The notes below the pieces were generated by a model. It saw only the letters and a program-made list of their open reading frames with translations, was not told the origin of the DNA and searched no databases. This document shows positions 25,311-39,451 of a stretch of 64,000 bases of DNA, piece by piece. This DNA is from Chiloscyllium plagiosum (lineage: Eukaryota): positions 58,711,325-58,775,324 of the forward strand of contig NC_057718.1 in the NCBI RefSeq assembly GCF_004010195.1. The letters are read 5' to 3'. Made by a program: the position numbers and the translations under genes. Each line of letters opens with the position of its first letter. Position 1 is the stretch's first letter.

Positions 25311-27019
25311 CTTGAATCTAGCCCAGTGGAAGGAGAGTCAAACCTTGTGGCGTGGCATCAGTCTGATCCATAATGACTGTCCAGACAACTGGACCACTCA
25401 ACATCCCAACTTATTGTGGCAGCATGAACATTTGCATGGATATTGTAGCCTGAAACCTGCAGGATAAGTGAGAAACTGTTCAACCTGTGTTGTCTCCATT
25501 TCATGAGCAAGATGACTCCAACCTTTATCAATAAACCTATGTCTGCATGCATTTAGAGGTCTAGCTCCTAACCTCTGTTGCTGCATACACAGAGGCACAT
25601 GAAAGAATTGGCCTCAGGCTAAACATCTGGAAGATAGAAGTTCGCTACCAGTCTGCTCCCATCATCCAATGCTGGCCCTCAATTTCTGAAATTCACAGCC
25701 AGCCACTGGATAAATACAGATCAATTCTGAAGCCTTTGGAGTCTCATTTCAGTGAGGACAGACATGGAGAATGAAATCCACGAATGCAGCCCGTAACCTT
25801 TGAGGAACAGAGGGCAGAAGATGGTAGAGATCTGAGTGACTTGGACTATGGCGAGACAGGTGGCAGAATTGGCTGACAAGTTTGGCAAGGCCCATGCTGA
25901 TATCAGGAGCTTCTCACTCCAGTTTTTATGCTTTTCCCAAGCAGCATGGCGAGATTCTCATTAGGCAGTGGTGAGTTGCCAAATGATGGTAGTCTTGCTT
26001 GTTAAATGCAAGCCTCCAATTTTACCAAATCTGCCAAAGAAGCTGAACATTGGGAAAACTTGTAGGAAACTGGAGTAAGCACATGTCGAATTCAGCTCAC
26101 GGATTATTCGGAATTATCTCCAGTAACAGAGCATACTTCATTGGCACTGGTCATGTGCACCTTATGCCCACAAGCTTTGGCATCCAGTGTGTGCCAGCAT
26201 CTGAGAGCACATGTGACATATCACAGCTTCACTTACAGAATGCTTCTATAGTTCTGTGCTGCACATTGGGCTGCACCAGCAGCCATTGTTAATGGAATGC
26301 TCGTGCCCAGGGACATTCATGAACTTGAACAGGCTGCTGGTTGCTCTCTCTGTTAGTACTCATTCACTCTGATCCTATTTAGAGGTTCACAGTATCCCTG
26401 TCTCACATTGTGTTGCCATTGTGTTTTGCGCTTTGCCTTGCCCTTTTGCACTTTTCCCTCCTCAGCCAAAGCTACCAGGGTTATTGAACTGCTGTCTTGT
26501 CATCCCATTTAGTGCAGCCACAAAAGTAGGACAAAAGCTTGTCCTGGTTGTCAGCAAGCCTCAATCAAGTCTCGGGCGATAGGTTTCGCTCAGGGGTTCC
26601 TGGCACAGTAAGTCAGGGACTGTTTCCAGTATGGGGCCTGCTCAGGGGCAGGTCAGAATCAGGTTTGCCTTCACACAAGTTTGAGGATCCCAACGTTGGA
26701 CAGGGCATCACCTGTCTTGACCATTTATACTCTATCATTAGTTGTTTTCCTCCTGGAATGAGAGGGAAGCAGGTATTACAGGAGATGAAAGTGGGTGGCC
26801 CAGCTATTACTGTTTGTGCAGATGTGGAAGTCTTTCGAGTCCTTGAGTTGGCAGTGCAGTATACATGCAGGGTTAATAGTGTCGGGGTTCAGGGGGTGAA
26901 AGTGAGTGAGGAAGATGTTGCAAGCAATAATGAGAGTGATTGATTACAAATTTTAGTGGAAATTAGCTATAGTGGTTGAGACAGTGAGTGTGAGGTAATG
27001 GAGAGATGATAGTAGCATT

Positions 27020-27250
27020 TACCTGAGGAATAGAGAAGGTCGTCGATCTTCTCCCGACTTTACAGGGCATTCCTCCAAATGGCTGAGTAACTTTACCTCA
27101 GAACAGACAGGTATGGTTTGGTGTCATGGCCTCCACTTCTGGCTCTGGAGAAAGAGTAAGTCCCATTCTGCAGCACTCCATCCAGCAGGAAATTCCGGGA
27201 CCTGACTGAAAATAGGGCACAGATCCCCAAGTCAAGGGCAAATATCAGGA
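27020..27250 (-). pseudogene. Harbinger Myb/SANT-like DNA-binding ORF exon relic
   Basis: FSVRSRNFLLDGVLQ..IWRNA..REKIDDLL followed by a GTAAAT donor-like site. Confidence 0.6.
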
Positions 27251-27610
27251 ACTGGCAGCTCCAGACTGACGGTGTTTGTCTGGATACACCATCAAAATGG
27301 CATGGACACAAAGGACGCAGATGTTTTAGCAAATATCCACCGAGTGACTAGTTGTTCTGGGAATGGCACATGATAGTTTGCTGAGGAAATTAGATGTGAT
27401 GAATGCCATAGGGACAAGGAGAGTCATTCATGAGGCGAGGTTGGTCACATGCAATAAGAACACTGGCTAGACCTCGTGGTTACAAACCTTCTTAAAAACT
27501 TGATGCAACCTGGACTTAGCCAAAAAAAAAGTGTATGATTCAGACCTGAGTGTTTGATGGCAAAGACCACAGACACGACACATAGTCCATGGGCAGCCTT
27601 GTTAGCTGCC

Positions 27611-27930
27611 ATAGAGTTATGTTGTCATACAGCATAGAAACAGAGCCTTTGGTCCAACCAGTCCAAGCCAAACATAATCCTAAACTAAACCCGTCCCACC
27701 TGCCTGCTTCTGGCCCATATCCCTCCAAATGGTTCCTATCCATGTACTATCTAAGTGTCTTTTACATGTTTTAACTGTGCTTGCAAAGCACCACTTTCTC
27801 AGAGGATATTCCACAGGCGAACTAGCCTCCATGTAAAAAAAATTGCCCCCATGGCTTTTTTAAATTTCTCTCCTCTCACCTTAAAAATATGCCCCCTAGT
27901 CACGGCGTCCCCATCCTAGGGAAAAGACAC
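27611..27930 (-). mobile_element. CR1 3' tail fragment
   Basis: LEGYGPEAGRWD C-terminus and CR1 3'UTR. Confidence 0.85.
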
Positions 27931-28021
27931 AACAGGAGGTTCAACACCTCTAACTTACACCTCTCATTAAAAAAAAAGGACAAAATACACCTCTTGAAGC
28001 TTTAGTATCATCATACTAAAT

Positions 28022-28255
28022 ATGTCGAAGAAGGGGAAGGTAATTCACTGACAGGAGCCTGGAGATCCTGGTGGATGGGATGGGACAAAAGAGGAAGTGT
28101 CCTCTTCCCAGAAGATCAGCAGAGGAGGCCATCCCATCAGGAATTGGTAGTCTGGTCCAAGGTCAGTAGCTACGTTAGTGCAGTCTGAACAGTCTGGAGA
28201 AACAGCCAGCAATTTAGAAAGAAGATTAATAACCTACTCTATTGCATCATGACGA
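28022..28255 (+). pseudogene. Harbinger Myb/SANT-like (NAIF1/MSANTD-type) ORF relic
   Basis: MSKKGK..FTDRSLEILVDG..VLFPEDQQRRP..WSKVSSYVSAV*TVWRNSQQFRKKINNLL, with frameshifts and a stop. Confidence 0.7.
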
Positions 28256-31200
28256 GTGCCACATCTCCTCTCTGCTATCTCACCCTTACTGTCTTTGCCA
28301 CAGCACCCACCTCCCACCAAGGCACATACTGTGTCTCTCTCACTTTTACCTGTAACAACTTCCCTCACCCACTCACGCTTCCCACTTCAACATCCCACAC
28401 CTTGTATGACTAGTACTATCTCAGTTCCTCTCAACACTTCACCACCTTTTCCCTCATCCACCAACAATAACAAAAGTGCACCCACTTTGAACTCACTCAG
28501 TTCCTCCCTTTTGCTCAGATTCTCACCTCTGAGATCACTAAATCTTTGTAGACAATGTTCTTTGAGGTTGAGGGCAATTTACCTTCATTTTCCATTTGCT
28601 ATAAAATCCAAACGAAGAAATTTTATATTCTTTCCTTAGTTGTCATTCCTTCTGTTTCTCTTACTAATCCCTGTCAGATTTGCTTTGTATTTGCTTTGTA
28701 ACGAGAAGTGCTATATGAATGAACAAACTTCAGAATTTCATTATTCATACAGGAAGCAGACCAGTGTAGGTTTAACATTTGGATTAAACATACAGAAGGG
28801 CGTTTAGAACCAACAGCCCAACCAACAGAAGAGAATGTGAAGTTTCCATTAAACAGCTGGGAGAGTAATCTAATGGAGGATACTGGTAGAGGAAGGACAC
28901 GATTAGGTATCAAAAAACAAAATAAAGATTTGACAAAATTTGTTTGAATGTGATGAGGAAAGAATTAAATGGAAACTGTAAATACCTTGGTAAGTTATGG
29001 GCAAGATGAATGAGCAGTGCTGTCAAGTCCACATGATTTTTGTATGTCTTGCCTCAGACATCTATAATCATCCTAACAGAGATGACAATATGCCACAAAG
29101 GGATTGTTAGTATCTGTAACTTTCAGATGTGCATTTTTTATTTTACCAGGCTTTTTTGCATCTGGGTGTTTGGGAGAGAGTTAAGAAATTTTCAAAATGT
29201 AAGAGGAGTCTCCTCAAGTAGCTTTATATACAATAGAGTGGATTAATTCACTTCGGCAGTCACTCTTTCATTTGGGGTTTACCAACATTTGGCATGCAAA
29301 AATCTTTAAGCTGTATATGACATCACAATTAAAATTGCATATTTATTAAAAATTACTTGCAACTCAAAATTCATTCCATTACCTTTCAGAGGTGGGCTTC
29401 CATATATAATATGTGGCATCAGGAAATATTTTTTCAGTGAGCTATGTAAACCACTGCTGGCCTTTTTATACACAAATCAGATTTATTTTAAGTTCAACTG
29501 TGTCTATAAGTAAAATGAATAAACATCGATTGAAAACACATCAAGGCAGTCTGCTTGAATTCCTTCAAAAGAATTCACCCAAGCAGCATAGAGAGCTTGC
29601 AGATATTATACACTGCACTGAAGTGTTTGATGAATATCTATAGACTTAAATAATGGACATGTTTCTTTGGATTTTTTCTTCTTTCTGCTTGAATTAAATC
29701 TCATTCCTATTACTTGGTTTTTTGCCTGTGTAAATTGACACTTAGATGTGGATATTACCTTTTACTTTGAGGCCAGATAAACACCTTGGAAAACACTTCT
29801 TACTTTAAGTCTTATGATTTGCTAAAAGGTTTCCTTGATCTTTTGGTACGTGTGCATCATTTTGTTGTATATCTTCTATTTATTTCCTCATCAAAGTGAC
29901 TTATATGATTTGTTTTGCATGACCGCTGTTCGCTGCAAGAATGAGAGCAAATTAAATGTTGAAACTGAAATAATTGGCATAAAAATGGTTCAGGCCAGAT
30001 GAAAGATTTCCCATGAGCCCCATTCGACTGAAAATTAACTGTTGAGGAAGTCAGGTGAAAACACAAACCCAACCCCAAGATTGAAAAGAAAGAAAAAAAG
30101 TAATAGTCTGCCTTTAAGTTAAATAACTTCCTCTAGTTTTTGTTGCTCATTTCAATTTTTTTTCCAATCACAGCAGAAGTGCAGAAATACTTTCTCATAT
30201 TTTGTTGTATTGTCGATACCTTGTAAACTTCAGGAGTCATTATATTTTTCAATCCCTCTACTCTATGTCTGCCCTCAGCCTTATATGCTTCTCATCCCAT
30301 CCCAGCACCCGGACAAATTCCTCTAGCTCTTCCAATGTCAGGACTGGAGATAGACAGGGTCTAAAAACTAAAAAGCTGAACTCTCCTCCTGGTTTCACAA
30401 CTCGGTGCCTGACAAGACTGACATGTGTACAAGACCAAGGAACACTGTCCACCATGATTTTCCTGTTGGCTTTCAATTTTCTGACATAATTGGGGAAGTG
30501 GCGGTGGGGGAAGACCAATTGTCAGGTGGCAGCATCCATTGACAGACCAGGGTGCCAGCACCCATGGTAGGTGTCCTCCCTGCCTGCCAACCAGAATGAG
30601 GGTGCATTGAAACACTACCTGTAGTGGGTTCCTCATCCCAACTCACTGCCCTCCCACCTATAGTGGTGGCCTGCTTGCTTTCTCTATTTATGGGCTGACA
30701 TTTGTAAAGAGGGTAACTTCTTGTTGACATGCTACCTCCAGTTACCTATCTTGTTCTGTCAGCTGGGTGTTTCACTGAAGATGGAAGGTATATATATGGC
30801 CCTTCTGATTTTGAGAGCCAGTACACTGACTTCAACAGGAAAGACAAACCATCACCATATCAATTATAGTGTAGCCAAGTACACCAAGCCCTGCCTAAGT
30901 AAACATTCCAGATCTGTGAATGCTTGCTACACTCCTGGGGCTGAGTTTTGGATTCAAAAACAGTCTTGATGCCTGTCTAAGGTGGAAATTCAGCTCCATG
31001 TCTTCCCACCAATGTCTGCTTCCACAATTTTGAACCAACCATGTTTATCCTCTGTCATTCACTCTTCCATGTGTCCCTTCCATGTCCTGGCCAGAAACGT
31101 TGCTTTGGCAGGAGGGTCAGGAACAGAAAATAGTGCTGTTGAAAAGAAATGGAGCTAAGAATGGAGGTGTATGAACAATGACATTTAAAAAGGAGCAGAG

Positions 31201-31662
31201 CTGACTTGTGTTTTTTTTTGCTTAAGAAACAGAGCTAGGGAGACAGACTAAGCCCCAGATCCTAGTCACCAGAGAAGGTGAGGGAACTGGGGCCAACTGA
31301 AGGAGATAAGTTGATTTTTTTTTCACCTCTGGAGGTACATTCTCCAAGTTGGCTATATAAAAATAGAGGCTAGAATCGGATTGCCTTTCAACCTGAGTTT
31401 TCGTGCTCTCCTTCCCCAGTTTGTTGGTACATTTTGGAGGGAGTGGGTGTTTCTCTGCACTGAGCAGCCTCTGTCTAAGTCTGTGGTTGTGATCAGCCCA
31501 CTTCCACTATCATAGTTCTTGATCATATAGGCATGCACCCGAACATATTGTTACTGTCTCAAAATCTCTTGGTCTCTTTCACTCTCTTTCTTTCTCACAT
31601 GCTCACTCTCTCTCTCTCCCACACGCACATATCAAACAGGTTGGGGAATGTGATCCAAGAGA

Positions 31663-32000
31663 CAGTCACAGAATCCCTACAGTATGGAAGCAGGCCATTT
31701 GGCCAATTGAGTCCACACCGATCCTCCGAAGAGCATCCCATGCAGATCCAGCCCATCCCTGTAAACCTGCATTTCCCAAGGTTAAGCCATCCAGCCTGCA
31801 CATCCTTAAACACTATGAGCAATTTAGCCCGGCCAATCCACCTAAACTGCACATCTTTGGACTGTGGGAAGAAACTGAAGCACCCAGAGGAAATCCATGC
31901 TGACATGGAGAGAACTTGCAAATCCACAGTCGTCTGAGACTAGAATCAAAACCTGGTGCTGTGAGGCAAACAATGCTAACCACTGAGCCACAATGCGGCC
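31663..32000 (-). mobile_element. HE1-type (V-SINE) tRNA-derived SINE with CR1-like tail
   Basis: Minus strand head TGGCTCAGTGGTTAGCA, central AAAGATGTGCAG; homologous to 61025-61321. Confidence 0.88.
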
Positions 32001-32284
32001 TTCACCATCAGTCCACTGCATGAGACACCATTGAGCAAAGTGGAGAGAGAGGGAGGTAAGATGTCAGATTGGGAAGCAAGGTGGGGGAATGACCCCATCA
32101 GCCATGAGACACCATTAGGAGGAGAGTGAAGAAAGGGAGAGATCAGTATGGGAAACACTTGGGAGTAACAGGAGAAGGAGAAGCATTAACAACCATGAGT
32201 CACTCAGAATGAAGGAGGAAGGAGTCCAGGACATTGATTTGAAATTACTCATTATGCAGAGAGAAGACTTTTCTAGAGTAGAAG

Positions 32285-32438
32285 TGAGAGAGGGAAAACG
32301 AGTATACACTTTGAGTCTAGTAACTCTTCTTCAGAACTTGTTCTCCACATATGCTGCCAGATCTGCTGAGTTTCTCTGGCAGTTTCTGTTTGTGTTTGAT
32401 TCAGATCTGTAACATCTGCAGTTCTTTGTTTTATTTCA
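32285..32438. mobile_element. Penelope-like terminal unit, partial inverted dimer (family of 1309-1522)
   Basis: Minus-strand CTGAAGAAGAGTTACTAGACTCAAAG (GAAA lost), followed by a plus-strand terminus. Confidence 0.6.
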
Positions 32439-35044
32439 AAGGCCAAGTAACCTGTCAATCAGGATGGTCAGTTGCCGAAGCATTACCAGCTTGACAGACA
32501 AATTGGCCAATGACTAGGCCACCCCTAGAGACATGAAACCCCAGTAATTAGCACTATCTGCATCTCCTCTCCCAGAACATGCCTGCAACTTGTTGCTGGT
32601 GGTGGGAGGGGTGCCTGGAATGATACCTTTACTAAAATGGTGCCCTAAATGCAAGTGCAGATTTTAGAATACTGTGCCATTCAGTTCGACATTTTTATCT
32701 TCCGTGTTCCATTCTGCAACTGGAACAAAGCAGATTGATTTCTTACTTTGTTGAATCATTGACTATCCTGCCAAAATGTTAGCATTCTCATCATGGATCA
32801 GCAAATCTGTCCAGACAATGTTTGTTAATTCTGCTACTTCTGTGTCATGTGTTGTTGTCTTGTTTGAATTGGGACTTGTTATGATTTTTATTTTAAAAAA
32901 ATTCTGCAATATGATTTGGGATCTCAAAGCACATTGAATAACATTGGGTAAAGAAATTTAAGTAAAAACAGATCTTCCTTCAGATATAAAGTTATTGCAC
33001 CCATTCTTTGTCACAAGCTTGCCTGCAGAATTCTTTTCATCTTTCACTCACTCAGCTTAACTAGCTTTTACAGATGGGATAACTAGCTTTATCAATTGAT
33101 ATGGTGAGAGAAAAGCCGGAGATTTATTAGACAAATGCTGGATTAGGCATTCACTGATTTTGAAGGATATCTTTTCAATTTTCATCTTACATTTCAAGAA
33201 TTCCTCATTCAATTGTACCTCTGCTCAGTCACTCTGTTCTTAACAGACAGTTGAATATTTTACCTATAATGACAGTTGGATGAATAACATCTTGTCGGTT
33301 TGCAATGAGTAGACACAAGTGTATACTCCAAGATAAGTTGAAAAGTTACTCAACTTTTCATGTTATTTTTACTTTATCCTCTAAATTTTATAAATTTTCA
33401 GAACTACAGCGAGCCTGTATTTTGACTCTGGGATGTAGGTATTAGAATATCTTTGAATTGTAATTATCACTTGAACAATGCTCCAAAGGCCACCCATCCT
33501 GCTGTCCAGAAGCTGACTCCACTGAGCTGACGAGCAGCCACACATTGGGACATTTGCTCCAAATGTAGAAAAAAGAAACTTGAGTTGTGCCTAAGTGAGA
33601 CTTTTATTCACCATATCCACTGCCCGCTTCTGTGAAAAGGGCAGTTGACCTGGTTTCCAGCCCACTCCTGGGAATTCCCCAACATGACTCCCTTACACTT
33701 TTCCAGAACTCTTCCAATCCAACCTTATCTCCATGGGCTTGGGAAAATTCAGGTCAAAAAGCCTACAGTGGTCAGTCAGCATTTGGCTGCACACTCACAT
33801 TTTGGACATTAAAAATTTACTATCATTTGTCTCTTTGCAGATGACAATTGACCTAATGCAAATTGCAATATCTATTTGCCCCAGGTAATACTGAAATCTT
33901 TAATAAAAGACAAATGTTTTGTCTCCTTTCTGAACAGTTCTATATGTTTCCCCTTTGCACAGTTTTTTTAAAACTGATAGCATTAGAATTGTAATTGTCA
34001 TTACAGTTAGGATCACTAACTAATGTCTGGAAACCAAGCTGAGAATATTACATTATTTTTCTTAACATGCTGTGCCCTCAGGAGGTTCCATAGTTATCAT
34101 AATCTACCACATCTTAGCTGTAAAAGATTATACCAATCATCATTTCCAAACAGGTTCTATTAAGCCTGGAATGAACATGAAATTCATTTTGTGTGAAACT
34201 GACTTGATCAGATGGGCCTGGGTGAATCCAAATCTTTGGTCCCACTTTCAGACCCGATTTTGCACTTTTGAATTTTGGGGTAAGAGTAATTGGATGGCTT
34301 GTGCGTAATAGACAAAATGATAAAAAATTAACTCATTCAGTCCTGGACTTGGAATTGCTTCATGTCCTTTTCCTAAAATTTTGCAATCAATCAGAATGAG
34401 AAAAGGTTACTGTAATTTCAGGCCACTCCACATTCCCAGGTCAATTACTGGTCTGACCAACATCATTCGGACACAGACTGATTTTGGACACTTCTGAGAT
34501 AAAATACTGGGACTTTAAAGGAAACAAATAAAAATTTTAGTAGAGGGATTTCAGGAATATTTAAACTGAGAAATTTACTAGCATCACTTCTCTTTTTTTG
34601 TTTGTTTGTTCAGCGAAAATTGGATTTGTAGCAGAATTAACATAGCTTAAATGAATGTACTGGCCTATTCCTACTCTGTTCTACTGCCATATTTATTCAT
34701 GCCTCAAGCTAAATCAGGTGGAACCTCATTACTGATGTAAATTCATTTCCTGTGATATATATATATTATATTTATATATATTAGAACGCTTATGCAATTT
34801 CAAGTGACTCACCCAAATTGCACAATGCCAATTGCACCCGGCTCAAAAAGGTGAGTAAGATAATATATTTTTGGGTTCATGAAGAGTTGCTGCCCTGCAG
34901 ATACCTTCCATTTATAACCAGTTTTATCAACCCAAGCCCCTGCTGGTCACACCCAACCCCTGGCTAACATATTGCACCAATTTGCACCATTAGTTCAGCT
35001 GGGGTGCAGCAGCAATCTCGACAAGAGAAGAGAATTCCATTGCA

Positions 35045-36200
35045 CTCCTTAACTATGCTTAGTGGATGATGGTCAGGCTTTATGGAATCAGGAGATACAT
35101 TGCTTGCTGCAGCGTTCCCAAACTCTGACTCACTTTAATTGCCACAGTATTAATGTGGCTAGACTTTCTAAGCATCCAAAGAGAGCAGAGTTGATATTTC
35201 AGGCATAAGCCCTTCATCATCAATATTCCTGATGAAGGGCATACCAAAATGTCGGCTCTCCTGCTTTTCAGATGCTGCCTGACATGCTGTGCTTTTCAAG
35301 GAAGGACTTTTTTCGACTCTGACTCTCCAGTATTTGCTGTCCTCACGTTTTCCTAGTTAGCTTTCTACTCAATGATAAACCAGAATTGTTAATACTGGAG
35401 TATTTAGCGATGGCAATATCATGAAATATCAAAGAAGAATGGTTAGATTCTCTCCTCGTGGAGATGATCATCGTTTGGTATGAGTTAACCATTGATAACG
35501 TCAAGCCTGAATGGTTTCAATTTTCAGCTGGTCTAGTGACATCTGTAAAGGGAGAAACAGATTTAATGCTTTCAACTGAGCATGATTCTTCCTCCTTCCT
35601 TGTTTCCCACCAATCTACCATGAGGTTATAACAACCTGACGAGTTGTCCTATTGAATATACTGCATGGTGCCAGGCTCGCTTACCTTTTGGTATAATCCC
35701 AGTGGTGTCATGCTGAAGCCTCTATCTGACCTTTAATTGGCCACTTAAGGGCCTCTTTTGGTGGCAAGGCAGGAAAGTCAACCATGGGCTGTCCCACCCA
35801 GAACTTAATTCTGCTGGAGGTGGGAGGTGTTTGGGTACACCACCACAGCCTTTGCTAAACAGCCTTTCCCTGGTTCAAAGCTAGCCAGCTCCAAGAACTG
35901 CCCATTATCTCTGCTTCTCTCTCCACAAATGCTGCCAAACCTGCTGAGTATTTCCAGCACTTGCTACTTTAAATGTTAGATTTCCAGCATCTGCAGTGCT
36001 TTGCATTTACCTGAATGTTATCCAGGTCATGATGCAGATGCTCACAGACTGCTTCATTATCTGGAGAATAGTACTGAACATTATGCAATCAATAGCCATT
36101 TCTGAACTTTTAATGGTAGTAGGGTCATTAATGAAGTCGCAGAAAATGATGGGTCGAGGTCTCTGCCCTAATGAACTGATGTCCTTCGGGTATTGGCCAT
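35045..36200 (-). mobile_element. Decayed RT-region pieces of an L2/CR1-group LINE with nested inserts
   Basis: Remnants at about 35045-35490 and 36010-36200 resemble post-RT LINE sequence; interrupted by Penelope termini at 35172 and about 35905. Confidence 0.5.
35172..35354. mobile_element. Penelope terminal inverted dimer centred on the hammerhead
   Basis: GCCCTTCATCA..ATTCCTGATGAAGGGC mirror centre; the plus-strand core shows CpG decay (CCAAAATGTC for CCGAAACGTC). Confidence 0.8.
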
Positions 36201-38151
36201 CTCTAAAATAAATGGAAGCAATGAAACTGACAAGATTCCAATGTCACAGAGTCATATCAGTTGACATGATATTTATTTTTAAAGTTTTGGACTAGACAGT
36301 GCATTAAACAAACATACACATCACTCACAAAAGGTAAACTATGAGGATGGGCTCTGTATCTGGGGTTTTTAAAGGGCTAGTCAGGTAATATGTCTTTACA
36401 GCCCAAGCAATCTGCTGTTCTTTGGCTTTATTTATTCAGAGCTATTCATTACATTTATTGAGGAAAGAGAAATACATTATCTGTTGATGGGGGCTGGGTT
36501 TGTAATGTTCTCTAGATCTACAACCTGACCAGAAAATGCAGCTCAAAATGCAGAAACTGGAAGCTCTGTAAGAAGGGCTGTTGATCCGTGCTGACAACAG
36601 AAATACTTTTAGAGAAGATTTATCCGACCTTGAGTCAATTCAGGCTTTGGTACTGGGTGAAATGGAGTTCAACAGGGATGAGGTCATTGACTGAATATCC
36701 TCCTTCAACCCAAACTGGAGCTTGAATCTCAAAGCTAAGAGAGGACACTCCTCACAGGAGACTCAGAGTTCCTGCCTGGGTGGGAGACAGTGTCAACATT
36801 TCAACAATGCCAGCATCTATGAAAAAGAACAATTCATTGTCTTGTTTCTGAGGAAGGACAGGCAGAAGAAAATGTCACATGGCCTCTCCAGGACAGCAAG
36901 ATATAGGTGCAAGCATGTGGCTTTGTGAGATCCCCATGTTCAGAATCACAGAATACTTATAGTGTAGAAGGAGACCATTCAGCCCATCTACTTGCACTAA
37001 ACCTGAGTTTTTAAACTCAGTGCCAGTCTTCTGCCATTCCCCCTACCATTGCACATTATTCAAAAGAAACAATCATCCACTGCGCTCTTGAGTGCCTCCA
37101 ACACATGTCCAGACTGTACATACTAAAATGTAACAACTTGCTGTCTGAAACTGTTTTATTTTCACCACACATTTTGTTTTGCAAAATATCTTAAAATTGT
37201 GCTGTCTGGGTCTTTATCTGTTTACTAGTGGAAACTGTTTCTCCTAATCCACTCCATCCAAATGCCTCACGATTTTGAAAGCTTCGAGTAAATCTCCTCT
37301 AAGCCTTCTCTTCTCCAAGGAAAAGAGTCCCAACATCTCCAGTCTTTCCTCAGAGCTTAAATGTCACATTCTTAGAATCATTACCATAAATCTCTTCTAT
37401 ATTCTCTTCAATGTATTCACACCCTTCTTATAGTGAGGCCCCCAGCGCTCCAGTACTCCAGCTGAGATCCAACCAATGCATTATGCTCCTATTTATGAAT
37501 GCAAGAAGACCAAATGTTTTACTAACAACTCTCTCAACATGTCCTCCTGTCTTTAATGACTTATGTACACGCATGCCCCGGTGTCTCTGCTCTAGCACAC
37601 CCTTTAGAATGGTACCCTTTGTTTTATACTGTCTTTCCGCATTCTTTGTACCAAAGCCCATTATGTCACACTTCTCCACATTGAATTGCATCTGCCACCT
37701 TTTTACTCATTTCACCAACATGTCAAATCATTTTGAGGTCCTGTACTTTCTTCTTGACAGTTTACAATTATCCAAAGTTAATGTCCTCCACAAACCTTGA
37801 AATTATTTTCATACATGTATGTCAGGAGAGCAAGGTTCTCAATACTGACCACTTAGAATCTCCATTTCCATCTCCATTTTCTGCCCAAAAAAAACATTAA
37901 CCAGCAGTCTCTGTTTCCTCAGCTATTTTTGTATTAATTTCGCTACTGTCCTTTTTATACTATTATCTTTAACTTTTCTCACAAGTCTGTTGTGTGTAAC
38001 AGTATTGACAGACTTTTGGAAATCCACCAGAGCTTTCCCCTCATCAGCCCTTCCTGTTACTTCCTCAAAGAAAACTCCTGCAGGTTGTCCCTAATCAAAC
38101 CTATACTGATGTTTCTGAATAAATCCACATTTTTCTATGGGACTATTAATT

Positions 38152-38622
38152 AGAGTCAAAGAGTTGTACAGCATGGGAACAGATCCTTCGGTCCACCTCA
38201 TCCATACCAACCACATATCCTAATCTAATCTAGTCCCATTTGCCAGCACTTGGCTCATATCTCTCTAAACCCTTCCTATTCATATATCCATCCAGATGCA
38301 CCACTTCTTCTGGCAGCTCCTTCCATACACGCACTACCCTCTGTGTGAAAAGGTGCCCCTTACGTCCCTTTTATATCTTTCCCCTCTAACACTAAACCTA
38401 AGTCGTCTAGTTCTGGAGTCCCCACCCCAGGGAAAAGACCTTGTCTATTTATCCTATCCATGTCTCTAATGATTTTATGAACCTCTATAAGGTCACCCCT
38501 CAGCCTCCCATGCTCCAGGGAAAACAGCTCCAGCCTGTTCAGCCTCTCCCTGTAGCTCAAATCCTCCAACCCTGGCAACATCCTTGTAAATCTTTTCTGA
38601 ACCCTTTCAAGTTTCACAACAT
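38152..38622 (-). mobile_element. Younger CR1 3' fragment nested in the old CR1
   Basis: DVVKLERVQKRFTRMLPGLE..RLRGDLIEVHK. Confidence 0.9.
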
Positions 38623-39130
38623 CGTTCATCCTCCAGAAAAAGTTGGTAATGCACATGGGAAGCCTCTGTCTGGGTTTGGCCTAAAGAATCAGTTTCCAAT
38701 GCTAATACATACGCCTCTAATGATTCCAGACCTGCTCCAGTCTCCCTTTTGGACATTACTAGTTTCAATTCCTCACCATTTATTTCAGTTTGGCCAGATG
38801 CCTTTCAAATCTGTCCACCATGTCTTGATGCCTGGGTTGTGGAATCCTGCCAACTATGTCAGACATGTAATATCAGATTTGAAAACAGGAAAAGAACCAA
38901 GATAGTGAATCAGGGATTCCACTGGTAATAGGACTTTACAAAGGGAAATTACGGTTAACAATGTTTACATGGCATCAAGCCTGTGCTTTATATTGGATTG
39001 AGCAATCCTTTGTCTGTCTGCTCCTTCCAGTGAGGTGTCTGTTTCCCAAAGCCATCCTGTTTCCAAATCATCCACCTGAATGCTTCAGCTCCCCTCCCTG
39101 TCACCATCTCCTGATGGAGGTCTTGGCTGA

Positions 39131-39261
39131 ACTGCTCAAGATTCCATGCTTGTCACCATCTCGCATTACCATATGCTGTTGGAGGTTTCATTACACAAAG
39201 TACATCACCTGAAGTCAAGGTAATCCCACAAGAGTAGCCAAAACATTCCTTAACAAATTTC
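39131..39261 (+). repeat. 131-bp direct repeat, copy 1
   Basis: 3 mismatches relative to 40436-40566. Confidence 0.95.
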
Positions 39262-39323
39262 AAAGGAAGTATTGGCATGTCTTCATTAATTGAGGCTCAG
39301 ACAGTTAAATATATTAGCACAGG

Positions 39324-39451
39324 TAAAAACAATGACTGCAGATGCTGGAAACCAGATTCTGGATTAGTGGTGCTGGAAAAGCACAGCAATTCAGGCAGCA
39401 TCCGAGGAGCAGTAAAATTGACGTTTCCGGCAAAAGCCCTTCATCTGGAAT
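39324..39451 (-). mobile_element. Solo Penelope terminal unit ending at a mutated hammerhead
   Basis: Same family as 13730; CACAGG at 39318-39323 and 39454-39459 may be a TSD. Confidence 0.8.

Noticed and set aside
28753..28906. 154-nt AG/GT-bounded open segment (EADQCRFNIWIKHTEG...)
   Set aside because: Weak acceptor, unrecognised peptide and no partner exons
34754..34782. TA-rich near-palindrome (also the (TAA)n tract at about 7040-7062 and the 9-bp tandem at 17762-17783)
   Set aside because: Ordinary microsatellite or slippage repeats
38625..39280. Possible Harbinger transposase relic on the minus strand
   Set aside because: Only faint resemblance to GWLLGD and LDRSGG motifs; too degenerate to call
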